This document shows, piece after piece, positions 31,501 through 44,165 of a stretch of DNA of 64,000 bases. Position 1 is the stretch's first letter. Every line of letters starts with the position of its first letter. The position numbers and the translations under genes are program-made. The DNA is from Eledone cirrhosa (lineage: Eukaryota): the NCBI GenBank assembly GCA_964016885.1, contig OZ024746.1, positions 18,042,001 through 18,106,000 on the forward strand, written 5' to 3'. The notes under the pieces were generated by a model, which worked only from the letters and a program-made list of their open reading frames with translations, had not been told where the DNA came from and did not search any database.

Positions 31501-33536
31501 TATTATAGTTGACAAGTAGTGAGAGTGCTTCTGACTTCATAATGTTTCTAGTAAATTATTATATGGTATGGTATGGTCCTGTAACTCCTCTGCAAGTCTG
31601 ATCACAGCAGATTTCTTCAGAGAAGGATAGCGAGTGAGAGAGAGGAAATGAGAAAGATATAAAGGAAGAATCAACGCATCAAAAGACTGGTGTAGCAGTT
31701 CTGAGAACAATGTGGCTTTGCAGATGATCAATGCAAATTGACAGTGGAAAGGCACTCCTGCTCAAGTTTGAAGAGAACTATTGACCTTCAGGAGAAGCAA
31801 TGACCCCTGATTGTATTCAGCAACCAAAACAAATAAGAAGTACACCAAATCCAATGCTCCTAGGGGTGGCCCTGGTTCTTCTTATTTGCGAGTGTAAACT
31901 TGGTTAGATTAGATAGAAATGGATAATTTGGCAAAGATGCCAGAAAATCGATGTTGTACTTTCAGTAGTTTATGGTCTTCCTGGATGACATTTTATAAAT
32001 ATTTTGTTGTCTTCACATTTGGTTTTCAATCATTGTTCTCAGTTTGTTTTGTTTTCTTTTCAGTCAAGACTAATAAGGAGAGTGAACAGTGCTATGATCA
32101 GGACTATAGGAAAAAAGAACATGTGAAATCCAACTTGAAATTACCACAACATCTCTTAAAATCCACAGCTAGAGGTCAAGTGGATGATCAGACGAAAGGA
32201 AATATACAACAAATTTACCTTGACCATCAACAGTTACCTGTTGCTAACGTAACTGGTGGTTATAACACTGTCTCTGATAATTTATCAACTGTAGCACCAC
32301 ACCGTAATCCTCTGATTCAAGGTCGACCCGCATACAAGGCACAGCCTGCACACACAAATTTAGGAATTAACCCCAAAAATATGATTAACATGCCTCCTGA
32401 TGGCAAATCTACCGCTCCAATTGTGCCTTCAATGTTTAATCACAACTCTGACTTGACTAATTTGAGTACAACTGTTATGAATTCAACTACTCAAACTTCT
32501 GTTTTAGTGACTGCAGACAACACTGCACCGCTTTCTGTCTATGCCAATAATTCAATGGGTGCCTGGACTCGGAGTATGCACCCTGTATGCACACGGACTG
32601 TTGTTGCATGCTCAAATAATACTCTAGTTTCGACAGGCTCTTCAAATTCCAGTCCACCACCAAGACATAATCTAGGCAATATGAAGAATAGTAACATATG
32701 TTCCAATTCAATACCTCAGTCCCCATCTAGTGCTGCTCCTGATTCAACCTGTTCATCCTCATCTGACCAAGCTGCTGGCTTGGCCACACCGAACTTCCTT
32801 GCACAATGCTCAAACCAAAGTAGTGTCATTACGAATACCATCGTTTATTCATCTCAGACTTTGAACTCAAGTTCTCCGAGCCAAGTTTCTACAGGCCGGT
32901 CAGGAATGTGCAAAACATGTGGCTGTGATGGCTACCACCAATTCAGTGTGATTTCCTCTCCTGTGGCTCCACCAGCTAATAATATCCCTCCTAACCATTG
33001 GCCATCCTTTGCAGGGAACATGGGCTACATGCCACAAAATTCTAATGGTTTGATACCAGTTCACTACCCAATGCACTTGGTTAGTGCGATCCCTCCTGAT
33101 CATGTCTATAGCAACCCGACTAACATAAATTTGGTACATATGAACTCTTCAAATCAAGCAGCTGTATCATCATCATGTTCCTCTACATCGTCATCGTGTA
33201 TGCTGAGCCAGATCTGTAACTATGGATCATTTAGTCATCATGCCACACCACCACAACTGCCGTTTGCAATGATTAACAAACACTACCGGTCATGTTTTAA
33301 TTGTGGAGGATCAGATCATGTTGCCAGTGATTGTAAAGAAACATCTATGGAAGCTATGACAGGTAACATATTTTATTTCAAATATTCCTTGTTTTTTTCA
33401 CCATTTATTTATTCATTTAATTAAATTTAATTTTTTAGTTTCAACTTCTGTAAACTGTTTTTAATGTCTTGTTTGTATTTTATATTTTTCAGGCCAGTAT
33501 CGGTTGAATTTCAAGAGCAAAACTGCGGCAGACTGA
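12775..33536 (+). CDS. ZCCHC14: ZCCHC14/ZCCHC2-family zinc-knuckle protein, 5'-partial; join(12775-12846,19079-19142,19913-19973,21710-21819,23688-23750,24747-24825,25974-26187,27835-27884,29386-29870,32064-33362,33493-33536)
   Basis: Eleven AG/GT-bounded exons chain with consistent phase into 2541 nt (846 aa + stop). PX-like segment (VSWSNGETTEVYKT...LEKLPPKFLECDHLVKFF), CKTCGC motif, and C-terminal CFNCGGSDHVASDCKETSM...GQYRLNF, which resembles the vertebrate ZCCHC14/2 terminus. Confidence 0.82.
14521..14685. mobile_element. piggyBac-type MITE (family 1)
   Basis: TTAA|CCCTTTGGCATTTA ... TAAATGCTAAAGGG|TTAA: terminal inverted repeats with a TTAA target. Confidence 0.75.
16225..16440 (+). 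mobile_element. degraded DNA-transposon terminus (Tc1-mariner/pogo-like), partly triplicated
   Basis: TACCGTAAATACTCATATAAGCTGAGAAATATGTGACAAAA at ~16337, partial copies at ~16228 and ~16290, and an inverted relative at ~49810-49848. Confidence 0.45.
16444..18466. repeat. ~2-kb minisatellite, ~65 units of 29/32 bp (TTTGGTGGKGAATATTA[TTA]CACTGGTTTCAH)
   Basis: Directly visible tandem array with no unique spacers. Confidence 0.97.
18681..18871. mobile_element. piggyBac-type MITE (family 1), opposite orientation
   Basis: CTAACCTTTTAGCATTTA ... TAAATGCTAATGGGTTAA, with internal GAGAGAATTCTGGC shared with the other copies. Confidence 0.7.
19079..19142 (+). CDS. ZCCHC14: ZCCHC14-like exon (FARTFDDVNVYKQDRRTPYLL)
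   Basis: Polypyrimidine tract + cag acceptor, gtaag donor, phase 0-1. Confidence 0.7.
19196..19294. repeat. 31-bp tandem repeat x3
   Basis: TATAATATTGAGCTGYTRATATCATT repeated three times. Confidence 0.85.
19913..19973 (+). CDS. ZCCHC14: ZCCHC14-like exon (NFHKEEHVDDGNLQNISHYMG)
   Basis: tttttatag acceptor, gtaagt donor, phase 1-2. Confidence 0.72.
21710..21819 (+). CDS. ZCCHC14: ZCCHC14-like exon (QLEKLPPKFLECDHLVKFF...), end of PX-like domain
   Basis: aacag acceptor, gtttgt donor, phase 2-1. Confidence 0.75.
23225..23510 (+). mobile_element. tRNA-derived SINE with CORE-like central motif
   Basis: A box TGGCTTAGTGG, B-box-like GGTTTGATTCC, then TGTTCTTGAACAAAACACTT. Confidence 0.75.
23688..23750 (+). 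CDS. ZCCHC14: ZCCHC14-like exon (ANEQPVISPYNQKSFNTASPS)
   Basis: ttccag acceptor, gtaaat donor, phase 1-1. Confidence 0.7.
24012..24134. repeat. 30-bp tandem repeat x4
   Basis: ATGGAGTGGTGTGACAGCAGTAGAGKGCCT units. Confidence 0.85.
24431..24620. mobile_element. piggyBac-type MITE (family 2)
   Basis: CCCTTTTAATATCAAACCACCTGAAACC ... GAAAGGG|TTAA, with relatives at ~14250-14505 and ~30440-30595. Confidence 0.55.
24747..24825 (+). CDS. ZCCHC14: ZCCHC14-like exon (GEISNRQHHQSTYYNPHHSQLSSNNY)
   Basis: tttttcag acceptor, gtaaat donor, phase 1-2. Confidence 0.7.
25974..26187 (+). CDS. ZCCHC14: ZCCHC14-like Ser/Pro-rich exon
   Basis: Same frame as ORF 25993-26271. ttgcag acceptor, gtaagt donor, phase 2-0. 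Confidence 0.8.
26200..26425 (-). mobile_element. degraded RTE-type LINE 3' fragment
   Basis: The minus strand encodes the RRPRGRPRPR motif typical of RTE C-termini. Confidence 0.5.
26880..27210 (-). mobile_element. tRNA-derived SINE
   Basis: On the minus strand: TGGCTTGGTTG A box, GAGTTCGATTCC B box, TGTGTCCTTGAGCAAGACACT. Confidence 0.75.
27481..27688. mobile_element. piggyBac-type MITE (family 1)
   Basis: TTAACCCTTTACCATTTA ... TAAATGCTAAAGGGTTAA. Confidence 0.75.
27835..27884 (+). CDS. ZCCHC14: ZCCHC14-like exon (SKDEEKLYYQEIPKNSR)
   Basis: ttacag acceptor, gtgagt donor, phase 0-2. Confidence 0.72.
28200..28512 (+). mobile_element. degraded RTE LINE C-terminal fragment
   Basis: LHWYGHVMHMEDDSC...WDDVIRADLTKL is homologous to copies A-D. 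Confidence 0.75.
29386..29870 (+). CDS. ZCCHC14: ZCCHC14-like exon with poly-Gln/His tract
   Basis: Same frame as ORF 29249-29881. tctag acceptor, gtaaaa donor, phase 2-1. Confidence 0.85.
30830..31075 (+). mobile_element. tRNA-derived SINE (same family as 23225)
   Basis: TTGCCTAGTGG, GGTTCGATTCC, TGTTCTTGAGCAAAACAC. Confidence 0.72.
32064..33362 (+). CDS. ZCCHC14: ZCCHC14-like large exon with CCHC zinc knuckle (33293-33334)
   Basis: Within the 501-aa ORF. CX2CX4HX4C motif, ttttcag acceptor, gtaac donor. Confidence 0.9.
33493..33536 (+). CDS. ZCCHC14: ZCCHC14-like terminal coding exon (GQYRLNFKSKTAAD*)
   Basis: tttttcag acceptor, phase 1, TGA at 33534-33536. Confidence 0.8.
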
Positions 33537-33949
33537 CAGATATAATTTGTCAACCATTTTACATGCACCTTTTCTTGACGTAATGTCAGCCACACCAATA
33601 TCTACTGTTGCATATCAGCACAAACGTTGGATTTGGCTGTTTTTGCACTCTCTAAAACTATTGGTCTGCATGTGTCACATGCCTGATATCTCCCAATAGA
33701 TATGCAGTCTGCAATGATGTCATAGTTAAGTGGAAAGCTGACAATATTATCATGCACAAGTCAGTCTTTATTTCAATTCATGTGTGTATGCACATAAGCA
33801 CACATAGTACACAATCTCTCTTTAAGACAATTCAGACCTGTGTACTCAATTGATTTTCATGCAATCCATTACTTCTCCTTCAAAATGCCAACTTCTCTCT
33901 ACATGCTGCATTTTTATCATTAATACATTTGTTCCACTGTTCAGTGTTC

Positions 33950-34089
33950 ATATATAAATATATATATATATATAATATATTTATGTATATATAATATGTA
34001 TATATATATAATATATTTATGTATATGTGTATATATGTATATGTGGAGATATAATATTTATGTATATATATATATATATATACATAATG

Positions 34090-34138
<49 letters not shown>

Positions 34139-34346
34139 ATATATATAGGTATATATAGTATATATATATTGGTATATATAGTATATATATATAGGCATAT
34201 AATATAAATGATATATGTATATATGATATATATATATATATCATATATATATATATCATATATATATATGTATATATGATATATATATATAGATATGTAT
34301 ATATGTTATATATATATATATATATATATATAGATATGTATATATG

Positions 34347-34388
<42 letters not shown>

Positions 34389-34760
34389 GTTATATATGTA
34401 TATATGTTTTATATATGTTTTATATATGTATATATGTTTTATATATGTATATATGTTATATATATGTATATATGTTATATATATGTATATATGTCATATA
34501 TATATATGTATATATGATATATATATATATGTATATATGATATATATATATATATGTATATATGATATATATATATATATATGTATATATGATATATATA
34601 TATATGTATATATGATATATATATATATGTATATATGATATATATGTATATATGATATATATATGTATATATGTATATATGATATATATATGTATATATG
34701 ATATATATATATATATGTATATATGATATGTATATATATATATGTATATATAACATATAC

Positions 34761-34801
<41 letters not shown>

Positions 34802-35249
34802 ACATATATACATATATATATATATATGTATATATATAACATATATACATATATATATATATATATAACATATATATATATAACATATATACATATATAT
34901 ATATATACATATAACATATATACATATATATTACATATATATATGTATATGTTATATATATATATATATGTATATATGTTATATATATATATATATATGT
35001 TATGTATATATGTTATTTATATATATATGTATATATGTTATATATATGTATATATGTTATATGTATATATATATATATATTTTATATATATATATGTATA
35101 TATTTTATATATGTATATATGTTATATATGTATATATGTATATATGTTATATGTTATATATGTATATGTATATATGTTATATATATATATGCATATATGT
35201 TATATGTTATATATATATGTATATATGTTATATATATATGTATATATGT

Positions 35250-35280
<31 letters not shown>

Positions 35281-35976
35281 GTTATATATATATATATGTT
35301 ATATATATATATATGTTATATATATATATGATATATGATATATGTTATATATGTTATATGTTATATATGTTATATGTTATATATATATGTTATATATATG
35401 TATATATGTTATATATATGTATATATGTTATATATATGTATATATGTTATATATATGTATATATGTTATATATATGTTATATATGTATATATGTTATATA
35501 TGTTATATATGTATATATGTTATATATGTTATATATATATATATATGTATATATGTTATATATATATATGTATATATGTTATATATATATATGTATATAT
35601 GTTATATATATATATGTATATATGTTGTATATATGTTATATATATGTTATATATATGTTATATATATGTATATATGTTATATATGTATATGTTATATATG
35701 TATATGTTATATATGTATATGTTATATATGTATATGTTATATATGTATATGTTATATATATGTATATGTTATATATATGTATATGTTATATATGTATATA
35801 TGTTATATATGTATATATGATATATATATATATGTATATATGTATATATGTTATATATATGTATATATGATATATATATATATATATATATATGATATAT
35901 ATATATATATATGTATATATGATATATATATATGTATATATGATATGTATATATGATATATATATATGTATATATG

Positions 35977-36008
<32 letters not shown>

Positions 36009-36313
36009 GATATATATATATATATATATGTATATATGATATATATATATGTATATATGATATATATATATATATATATGTATATATTATATATATATAT
36101 ATATGTATATATGATATATATATATATGATATATATGATATGTATATATGATATATATATATATGATATATATATGTATATATGATATATATATATATGA
36201 TATATATGATATGTATATATGATATATATATATATATATATATATGATATATATGATATGTATATATGATATATATATATATATATATGATATATATATA
36301 TTATATATATATA

Positions 36314-36366
<53 letters not shown>

Positions 36367-36375
36367 AGATATATG

Positions 36376-36411
<36 letters not shown>

Positions 36412-36413
36412 AT
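33950..36413. repeat. ~2.5-kb compound TA-rich microsatellite in the probable ZCCHC14-like 3' UTR
   Basis: Directly visible; starts ~415 nt after the stop codon. Confidence 0.95.
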
Positions 36414-39074
36414 ATTATACATTACTCAGATAATACTCTATAACGAGTTTATATCTCCTTCACTATCCACACATCAGGTTGCAAATGTCTGGATCATTTA
36501 GTGAAGAATTCTGAAAGATGAACAATGTGAATTTACTATGAAACAATCAGTACTGCTTACTGCTATATCATTGTGGCATTGTGACACATAATCACATGGA
36601 CTATTCAGAAGAGACATTAGCCATTTAGACAAACAACTGAAATTGCTTGTTAGTTACAAAGTATTGTGGAGTGTATAGTCTTGGCTCTATATATCTTCTT
36701 CTGTTGCAACACTGATTACTTGATGTATTACAAATGAAGAGAAACAAGAGCAAAAGTCTCAGCTATGTCCTGGCTCTCTACTAAATACTATGGCAACTTA
36801 TTAATATTAACCAAAGTCTCTGAATATTTGTTTTGATCAGTGACTACCCTGACAGTAATCATATAAAACATCAAATAATATTATTATAAGCACTAATTTG
36901 AGAGAGAAAGGAGTAACCTACTCAGTGACATGGACCTGGTTTCATTTTTCTGTCTTAGCAGTGAATTCATTCATAAACAATTAATGAATTTTTTTTAAAT
37001 AGTTGATGATGTGTTTTAAATATTTAGGATAAGAAGTTTGATATGTTATCAACTTCTTTCCCCACTCTTCATCTGTTGCTTGGTCGAAGAATTCACTGTC
37101 TTCACTAGACTCTTACACACAACACTGACCAAGAAATCTTTACATTGAAGCTAAATCATCAATAAATATATTCCAACTCTTGGCCAAATGTGGAAAAGTA
37201 TATACAAATTCAGGTATTAGCCTTCCTGAGAGAATTTAACTTGTGTTTTTGTTCTGGCTGGCTGACTTTGAAGATTAGGGATTCTCCAATTTCAGTTAAA
37301 TGTGAAACATGATCAGTCATAGAATTGATGTCTACATGTCTGCCTACCAAAAGATAAAAAAAAAAGAAGAAACTTGATTAATGTGGCATGGTTCTAAGAA
37401 GTGATGCCATATCGATGGAAACATTTTTGAGACTGCTAAAACCATAATTTCAGATAATCAGGTAACAGACAAAAGTAAGCAATGCAGGAGAGTGGTGATA
37501 TGTCTAGTTCATGGGACACTTGTGTTTGTCTTAAAATGTGGACTTTGCATATTCAATCATATTGAATATAATCTTACATACTGAGGCTACCTGGTGTTCT
37601 TAAAAAGGTCATCAATAAAAGATCTTCCCAAACAAGGTAGTAACTAATATTCACTGGTTTCATTCTTCTTGGAATTATTGAGCAAATTTCTACTTTGTAT
37701 TTACAATTATATTGGTGGCTATCAGTACTACAAATATAGTCAACATATTTGACAGCACAAACTTCAGTACAAGTTTGAGGGACAATGGTGCAGATGTCTA
37801 TCTAAACTTATAAAGAAACATTGGTCAAGAAAAAATGTTAATAATTTACCATCTCACTTTCTTCAACCTATGAATATTTACTGGTAACTTTCTTTAACAT
37901 TTAAGATTTCATTCACAGAGAACATCTAGTCTCCAGCTTCCTTCCATTGCCTTCACTTCAGTTATTACCACAATTGTTTTCTCCTTTAGAAACCCCCATA
38001 ACCTATATCCATCAAATTATGCCTTGCCATTCCTGTTGCCTCCCCCTGTATTCTGTGTACTAAATAACTTGGCAATTTCTCCTACTGTAACACTGCCTCA
38101 GTCCGTTTTTCTTCGTTACACTAAACCTCCAACTTCATTTAATTCAAGGAAACTATTAATTGTACCAAATTTATTTTCCTTTTATTCTCCTTCTCAACCA
38201 AGAAGACTAAAGCCGTTTGTAGGCCCAGCTCATCTTTGGTTCAATGTTAAATTAGTCAATGAAGAAATAAACTCAAAAGAACTGTTATGTTGGGGAAGAC
38301 TACATTCAGTTGGTTGATTGAATTCATTTTCTCAATTTCATTGTTACTCAACATTAGGTTTTTTTTTGTTTTCCATTTAAACTTTATCACAAAATGTGTA
38401 TATTTAAATTGTAAACCAAAGTCTGTATGTCTAGGATTTCACGCTGTAATAGAAACTTTTAATTTTACTATTACCAAAGAGCATATTTAAGCACTCAATT
38501 TATCTTCTATCACTGGTATTATCTTCCAAATATATTACCAGTTGAGTGAAAGGTATGACAGAGTATTTCACTTGAGTTTTTGGGCCAAGCATGTGTTTGC
38601 ATTATAAACATTGATGAAATTTACTATTCAACAAAAGCACTGATTTATATACACATACATATTCAATCATAAACAAACATACACACACACTTTCCAACAC
38701 TGCACATCTTATACCAATGTTCACAAAATTAAAAACTATAATTGCTTCTTAGAATTTGTTTAAACCCTATATATACTTGGTTTAAAAAATATGTTTTAAA
38801 CTTTACATTGAACATTTTTACTTGTAAAAAATATTTAAGATTACAAAATATTGAAAATTATTCCTTGTATGTGCACAAAGAATACACACGTGTGTGTATG
38901 TGTGTATATACACACACACACACACACACGTGTGTGTGTGTGTATATATGTATAACCTGTTGACTTACACTTGTTTTTAAATTACTCCGGAGTAAACAGA
39001 CCCACATGCGCACTTCGTTGAGTGCTCTACCCTGCATACTGAAGTGTTGGTAATTAACATACTCAAACTTATAC

Positions 39075-39130
<56 letters not shown>

Positions 39131-42100
39131 CCTGGTAGTCTTAAATGTTTCTTGAGTACTGCCTAAATAAGCTTACAACATTTTATTTGGAAGGATTTTT
39201 TGTTGTTTTGCTTTGTTGTCTGTGAGTTTGATTTGTTTATTTTATGGAGTGCTTAGAGTTGTGAGTGGCTTGCTGTCTGTATATGACAAAGTCACAAGAC
39301 AAGTTGTCTATGTATGTGTATATATGTGCTATAATTGATCAGGTACTATTTGATATCTGTTTTACAATAGTTCCCAAGAAATAACACTTGTCAGCTTAGC
39401 TGTCTGGAAGGAGTGAATGAAATAAGTTCCTATAAAGACAAAAAGTCGAAAGAAAAGAAAGCTGTGATGTCTTCTGTCTTTAGATTGTATTTGTCTGTGA
39501 TGTGATGTCACACCAGTTTATATTTCACCTGATGGGTTTTCTTCAATTAACTAAAAGACAATGACAGTCTATTTACTTCAATTAGATTTCTATAGGGCTG
39601 TTCTGCCTGGATACTATACACCTTGACTTAATAAGGAGCTGGCATTGTAGATACTATATATATATATATATATATATTGGGTTAAACTGATCACCAGTGA
39701 AGTAACACCTAACCCCAATATTTCTAAAATTGGATTTACCAACTACTTCCATATTATCTTTGGCTCCTTCTGGTCTTTGCAATCAGTTTATACTGTTAAA
39801 GGCCTTGGCTCTTATATAAAACATAATTTGATGTTTTCTGTACTTTTGTCTGTTGAAAGAAAGAAACATTTAAAACTATGTCTTCAAATTTTTGTTCAAA
39901 GTTTTCTCATCTCTTTCAGCTTTTTGTGTCAGCAATCTATTCCATTATTCCATTTCAATGTAATTATTTTTGCATGTTCACTACTACTAGCCTATCATTT
40001 AGAATCGGTTGGTTCTATTTTCTTCTTCGCTGCCATCATGCTAGCCTGGCTGCTCCTCACAGACAGAAGTTTGTACATAATTCTTTGCCATAATGAATGC
40101 AGAATGAGAAGCACAACAAATTAAGTACATAAACATAAAAAACAACAAAACAAAAAAAAACTTGAATAAATTTTTAACTTGTTTTTTTGATTTGTAAAAT
40201 CAAAGAGGAAAAAAAAAATACTGATTCCCTTAAAATGGTTTTGTTTTCTTATCACATTTGTTGACTAACATTGGCTAAAGTTATTGATATTGTTTATATT
40301 ATTATTTCAAACATATTCTTTTTCTGGTTGAGTATTCTCAGTGATGAAGATTGGTTGGCAAAAAAACCCATGGTTTGATCAAAGATTTTGTAAGGCTAGC
40401 ATAGTGTTTATTCCTCAAAATTATTGCACCTTACACTGGCCATGTCTCTTTTACATATCTCCATCTGAGACATTTAGTTCCATCTTTTGTTTTTTTGACT
40501 AAATTCCCTGAAGTCTTTCTTTTTCTTTTTAAATATATACATATATTTTTAAATTGTTTTCTTTCTTTAATTTCTCCCCCCCCCCCTCCATCTCTCTAAA
40601 ACTCCCCAGCTGTTGACCAAAATAACTGCTTGGGTTTACCTCTGGTTTGAAGTCAGCAACAATTCACTACAATGTTACATCATTAGCTGTCTCATACCTG
40701 GAGGCCAATGCTAATTCTACTTCTCTTATCAGTTGTCTATGGTTCCAGCAATCAACTGCTGTTTCTAATAGTTTTCTCTCTTCTGTTGCCAGAAAGCAGC
40801 AGTTATCTTCATCAAATGTTGGCCTTCATTAATATTTCTTGAAAAAAAAAATGAGAAAAAAAGGAATGAAAATCAAAAATTAAAAAAAAGCGTCTGACAG
40901 AATTTTACCAGCAAAGAGTTGTGCATTAAATTAGATTTATATTTTATGAAGATATTTATTTTAATGTCTGTTTTCTCTATTTATTTATAATACTAGATCT
41001 CAATGAGTCTTGATATCTGGTTTTTGTTATGCTTTCTGCTGGTGTCTGTTGTTTTCATTAAACATCTGAGTGATTGATTGTTATAAAATATATTCTATCC
41101 AGTTTGATGCCCTTATTGATATTTGTAATATAATTCCTCCGCCTATTCACAATCTGCTGTTAAATTGGCTTTCTGGTTTGGAGACTGGCAGTAAAAGATT
41201 GAAAAACTGAAAAAAAAAACTACTAAAAAAATTTAAAAAAAGAAGCCTTTGAGAGTGTTTTCCCAACTCAAGGTTTGTTGCCTGAATAATATGGAAAATA
41301 ATATGGAAAATGTTTGTTTCCAATTCCTTGTTAATTTTCAACACTTCCCATATCTCTTGTTACTTAGATTTATATTGATAGCCCCAATGCAATACCTTAT
41401 AAGAAGATTTGAAACAATGTAAATACTTCTTTATTGGATTCCACTCCTATCCCCACCAGTGACATTATTCACGCCTGCATTTCCTATCTGTGGTAGTCTC
41501 GGCACCTTTAGTGCTATAGTAAATGGTGGCAAAATAATAATAATAATAATAATAATCATAATAAAACTGAAAGTGACAGATGACTGTGAAATCTGATGGA
41601 GGTTCTTCTCATAAGACTGACATCAGGATTCTCTCTGCAGCAATCAGTGTTGCAATTATATGATCGACTATGATGAGGGTTTTTTCTTCTCTACATTTCA
41701 GAGCTCTTAAATGGTTTAATTTGGCATCTAACTGCTCTCAGACAATTGATGGGACTTGTTACTTTAATAATTGAACCAATCTTTTTATACCTAATTTCAA
41801 AAAAAAAAAAAAAAAAGAAAAACAAAAACAAAAAAAAAAACTATGCAATAATTGTTGCAAAAAAAAAATTAAATAAATAAAAGGTTAAAACACACACAAA
41901 ATATAAATAAATGAAAAACATTAAAATTTTATATTCATTTCCTTTAAAGCAAATCTAGCCTTTAGTATTTCTAAATAACCATTTAATACTTTTTTTTTGT
42001 ATTTTAGAGAGATATATTCTTCTTAGATAGGTGTTCAATTTGCCAACCTAGTGTCTTTAACTGTATTTTCCCCCCCATCTTTATTTATTTTGTCTGCTCC

Positions 42101-43194
42101 CTGCTGCAGCTTTTTCTTCCTAGGGGGTTCTACAAAGCTTTGCAATACAAGAATTCCTTCGGAGGTAGAGATTACTGCTCCTTCCGAAAATCTTTTGGTG
42201 ATAGCAGTCCTTATCTTTTTTAGCAATTTTTTTTTTGTCGTCCAAGTACTACACTTTGGACAGCCAACAATTGGAATTAAAAGCTCCTTTTTTTTTTTTT
42301 TTTTTTTTTTAAATAAAAACCAACAAATATAAATATTATTATTTTTTAAATCTCTTTACTATTTCTAAGTATTAAAACTTCCTTTTCTCTACCATCATTT
42401 GTCGATGGTCTACATTGATCCCTGATAATTATGAAATATTAATCAGTTCATGTCAGTGAAATATGGTCCAACAATGTAGAAAAATGATTTAAAAATAAAA
42501 AAAAATTTGCAGCCATAACTTTATGGAACTTTCTGTGGGGGATGAAGCTCCATCTTGGCTGCTCTTAATGGTTGTTTTTTTAGAAAGTCTTTATATTTGA
42601 AATAAAGGCTTCTAAACCCAGCTTTGTTATTTTGTTTTTTGTTATTTTTTTTCTTTGCAAATTATATGTGGATAAAATGTGTTTTTATTTGCTGTCACAT
42701 TGGTGAGATGCTGTTGAACAACAGTGTGTGGTGTGACAGTAAGAGAAAGAATAAAATTGGTGTTCAGGAATTGCAGTAAGAATGTTGAGATTGGTGAAAT
42801 GTGTTGTGATTGAATGGAAAGTGCAGACACATGTTATACAAGATAGTTTTATCTTTGATTTAAAAAGTAAGGAAAGAATTTAATTTCACATACTCCCATC
42901 ACTGCCTCTTCCTGTCCACTTGAGGACATAATTGACCCAGTGTTGATACAATAAAATGTAGCCAGTACACTCTGTGTTACAGATGACACTACCACTTTAC
43001 AAACTTGAGAAAATCAGCCACCAAGAGTTTCAAAGACAAAACGACTATATCATCACTAAGAAACAAGCTTGATAAATGTTCATAAATGCCAAGTTGTTTC
43101 CTGTGAAGTATGTATTTCCCAACACCAATTAATCACCAGTGATGTTGGAGTAGGAATTAGACAGACTGAGACAATAATGAATCTGGAGAAGGAA

Positions 43195-44165
43195 GAAATA
43201 GAAACATTTGGAACATTCAGTTAACAAATTCAGAGAACTACTTGATGCTTACAACAGTAAGGAAGACCATAGACCATATTTCTAAACCCAATTGAGGTAT
43301 CAGCTATAAAAGTTGATAGTAGTGTGGTAGACAAAACAAGGGTATGAAGACAGCTAGACCATTCGGCATAATGGATTCTAAAAACCTCTGCCATTGTAGG
43401 TTATAAGCTAGTCAGATGCATAATTAAAGAAGTAATGCAGTTCGATGTCATACTCAATGACTAAGAGCACTATCATTGTAAACTGCTATGAGGGGGCAAA
43501 GGAGTTACACTGGAGATGGAGAGAGGTAACTACAGAGACATCAAGTTGATGGACAAGATCATGAATGTTTCTGAATGAGTTATAACACACCTAATTAGGC
43601 AAAGAATCAAGCTAGACAAGATACAGTTTGGCTTTGTGCCAGGTAGGGATACTACCGATGCCTGTTTCCTTGTGCAACAGCAGGAAAAGTACTTAGCTAA
43701 AATTAAGCCTCTGGAAATGGCCTTTGACAGGGACTTGTGAACTAAAATCTTGTGGGCTTTAAGGTAGCTTGGTGTAGACAAATGGCTTGTGAGGGTTGGC
43801 CAAGCTATTTACAAATAGCTAGCTCACCACATGTTGACAACTTTTGTTATCTAGGGGACATAATCAGCAGTGGAGGAGGGTGCTATGAAAATGTGGTAAC
43901 CCAGGTAAGAACAGGCTGGAAGATGTTTAAGGAGCTGGTATTCTGCTAACAATAAAAGTCTTCTCAAGGGGGAGGATGCTATGAAAATGTTGGGAGAAGT
44001 TTAGGGGGCTGGTAACTCTGTTAACATAGTCATAAGAGGAATTGGATGTAGTGTGCAAGAGATAAGACTGCACTGGTATGGACGTGTGATGTATATGGAA
44101 CATGACAGCTGTATGAAAACATCTCAGGATATGGGACTGGTGGAAGAGGTAGACTCAGAAAGAGT
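43195..44165 (+). mobile_element. old, internally deleted RTE LINE
   Basis: Remnants [37 protein letters not shown] and LHWYGRV. Confidence 0.8.

Noticed and set aside
31919-32063. N-terminus of the 501-aa ORF as a start of translation
   Set aside because: This is intronic sequence (LINE relic plus polypyrimidine tract) upstream of the acceptor at 32063.
37645-37665. AATATTCACTGGTTTCATT resembling the minisatellite unit
   Set aside because: A single short AT-rich match that could be chance.
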